DNA of 63,507 nucleotides, the filler included, from Reticulomyxa filosa (lineage: Eukaryota > Protista > Foraminifera): assembly GCA_000512085.1 (NCBI GenBank). It is 18 parts of 18 records of this genome, joined end to end, with 100 filler letters (N's around TTAATTAATTAA, not from the genome) between each part and the next. Parts side by side here need not be neighbours in the genome. Positions count along the whole stretch, not along the records: positions 62,381 to 63,507 come from ASPP01033799.1; 17 more parts are not named here. One strand, given 5' to 3'. Under the pieces are notes generated by a model. That model ran no database searches. It had not been told where the DNA came from and saw nothing but the letters and a program-made list of their open reading frames with translations. Positions 63,055 to 63,507 of the stretch are shown in pieces; position 1 is the stretch's first letter; each line of letters starts with the position of its first letter. Made by a program: the position numbers and the translations under genes.

Positions 63055-63164
63055 TGAGATGAAAAGACACCAATGAGCTAAAAGACACTAAAATGAGCTG
63101 AAAGACACCAATGAGCTGAAAAGATACCAAAATGAGCTGAAAAGACACAAATGAACTGAAAGAC
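63037..63164 (+). repeat. Minisatellite of ~7 copies of an 18-21-bp unit (ATGAGCTGAAAAGACACCA)
   Basis: Head-to-tail copies with 1-3 nt variation and no spacers. Confidence 0.9.
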
Positions 63165-63507
63165 TATATGAAATTAAACTACACTCGCCACACGTAATTC
63201 AAGTGCCACATATAACTCGACACTCAAAAACACTTAAATATATAATTTTTTTTTTACAATACCTACCCGACTACTGGTCATATAATAGCATGCAATTTTA
63301 TCTTCGTCGTCTTCTGTTAATTCATCGTCAGCAATTAATTCTTTCAAATTGCGTTTGGTTTTTTTCTTTTCAGTTTTTGCATCCATGTTGAAGTTTGTAT
63401 TTTCGTTTATGATAGTATTCTTATTTGTGCATTGTAAATGTCCGTATTCGTCTTTGTGTTCACATCCTTCTTCGTTTTTGTATTTATGCACATGTTCACA
63501 TCCTTCT

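Noticed and set aside
63037-63164. CRISPR array
   Set aside because: The units are head to tail with no unique spacers, there are no cas genes, and the context is eukaryotic.

Overview
This window is not one chromosomal region. It is 18 unrelated draft-assembly contigs joined by 17 artificial 100-bp linkers (44 N + TTAATTAATTAA + 44 N). Seventeen contigs are AT-rich and consistent with a protist genome, and many carry intron-containing genes. The expanded WD40, Kelch and caspase-like families resemble the foraminiferan Reticulomyxa filosa (inference, not a database result). Recognisable host genes include Jagunal, CD36/LIMP-2, several WD40 proteins (WDR43/Utp5-like, WDR53-like), a sterol desaturase/FAXDC2-like gene, SHMT, TRM10, a HAD phosphatase, an F-box protein, an EF-hand protein and kynureninase. 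There are also RNF213-like and LINE reverse-transcriptase remnants. One GC-rich contig (60452-62280) is bacterial: tRNA-Lys, cutA, fxsA, yggU/DUF167 and dps. Two things stand out. (1) Manual splicing of 54128-57995 gives a single in-frame gene encoding Kelch propeller - helical domain - PB1-like domain - caspase-family protease with intact His/Cys dyad - PARP/ART catalytic domain. It lies in tandem with a paralog whose catalytic His is replaced by Tyr. This is a candidate protist immunity or cell-death module. (2) The first ~3.2 kb is a decayed Polinton/PLV-like endogenous viral element, with protein-primed PolB motifs B and C, a possible viral PLA2 remnant and a 123-bp inverted duplication. 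Single-base indels, mostly in homopolymer runs, break several otherwise intact genes and are probably sequencing errors.
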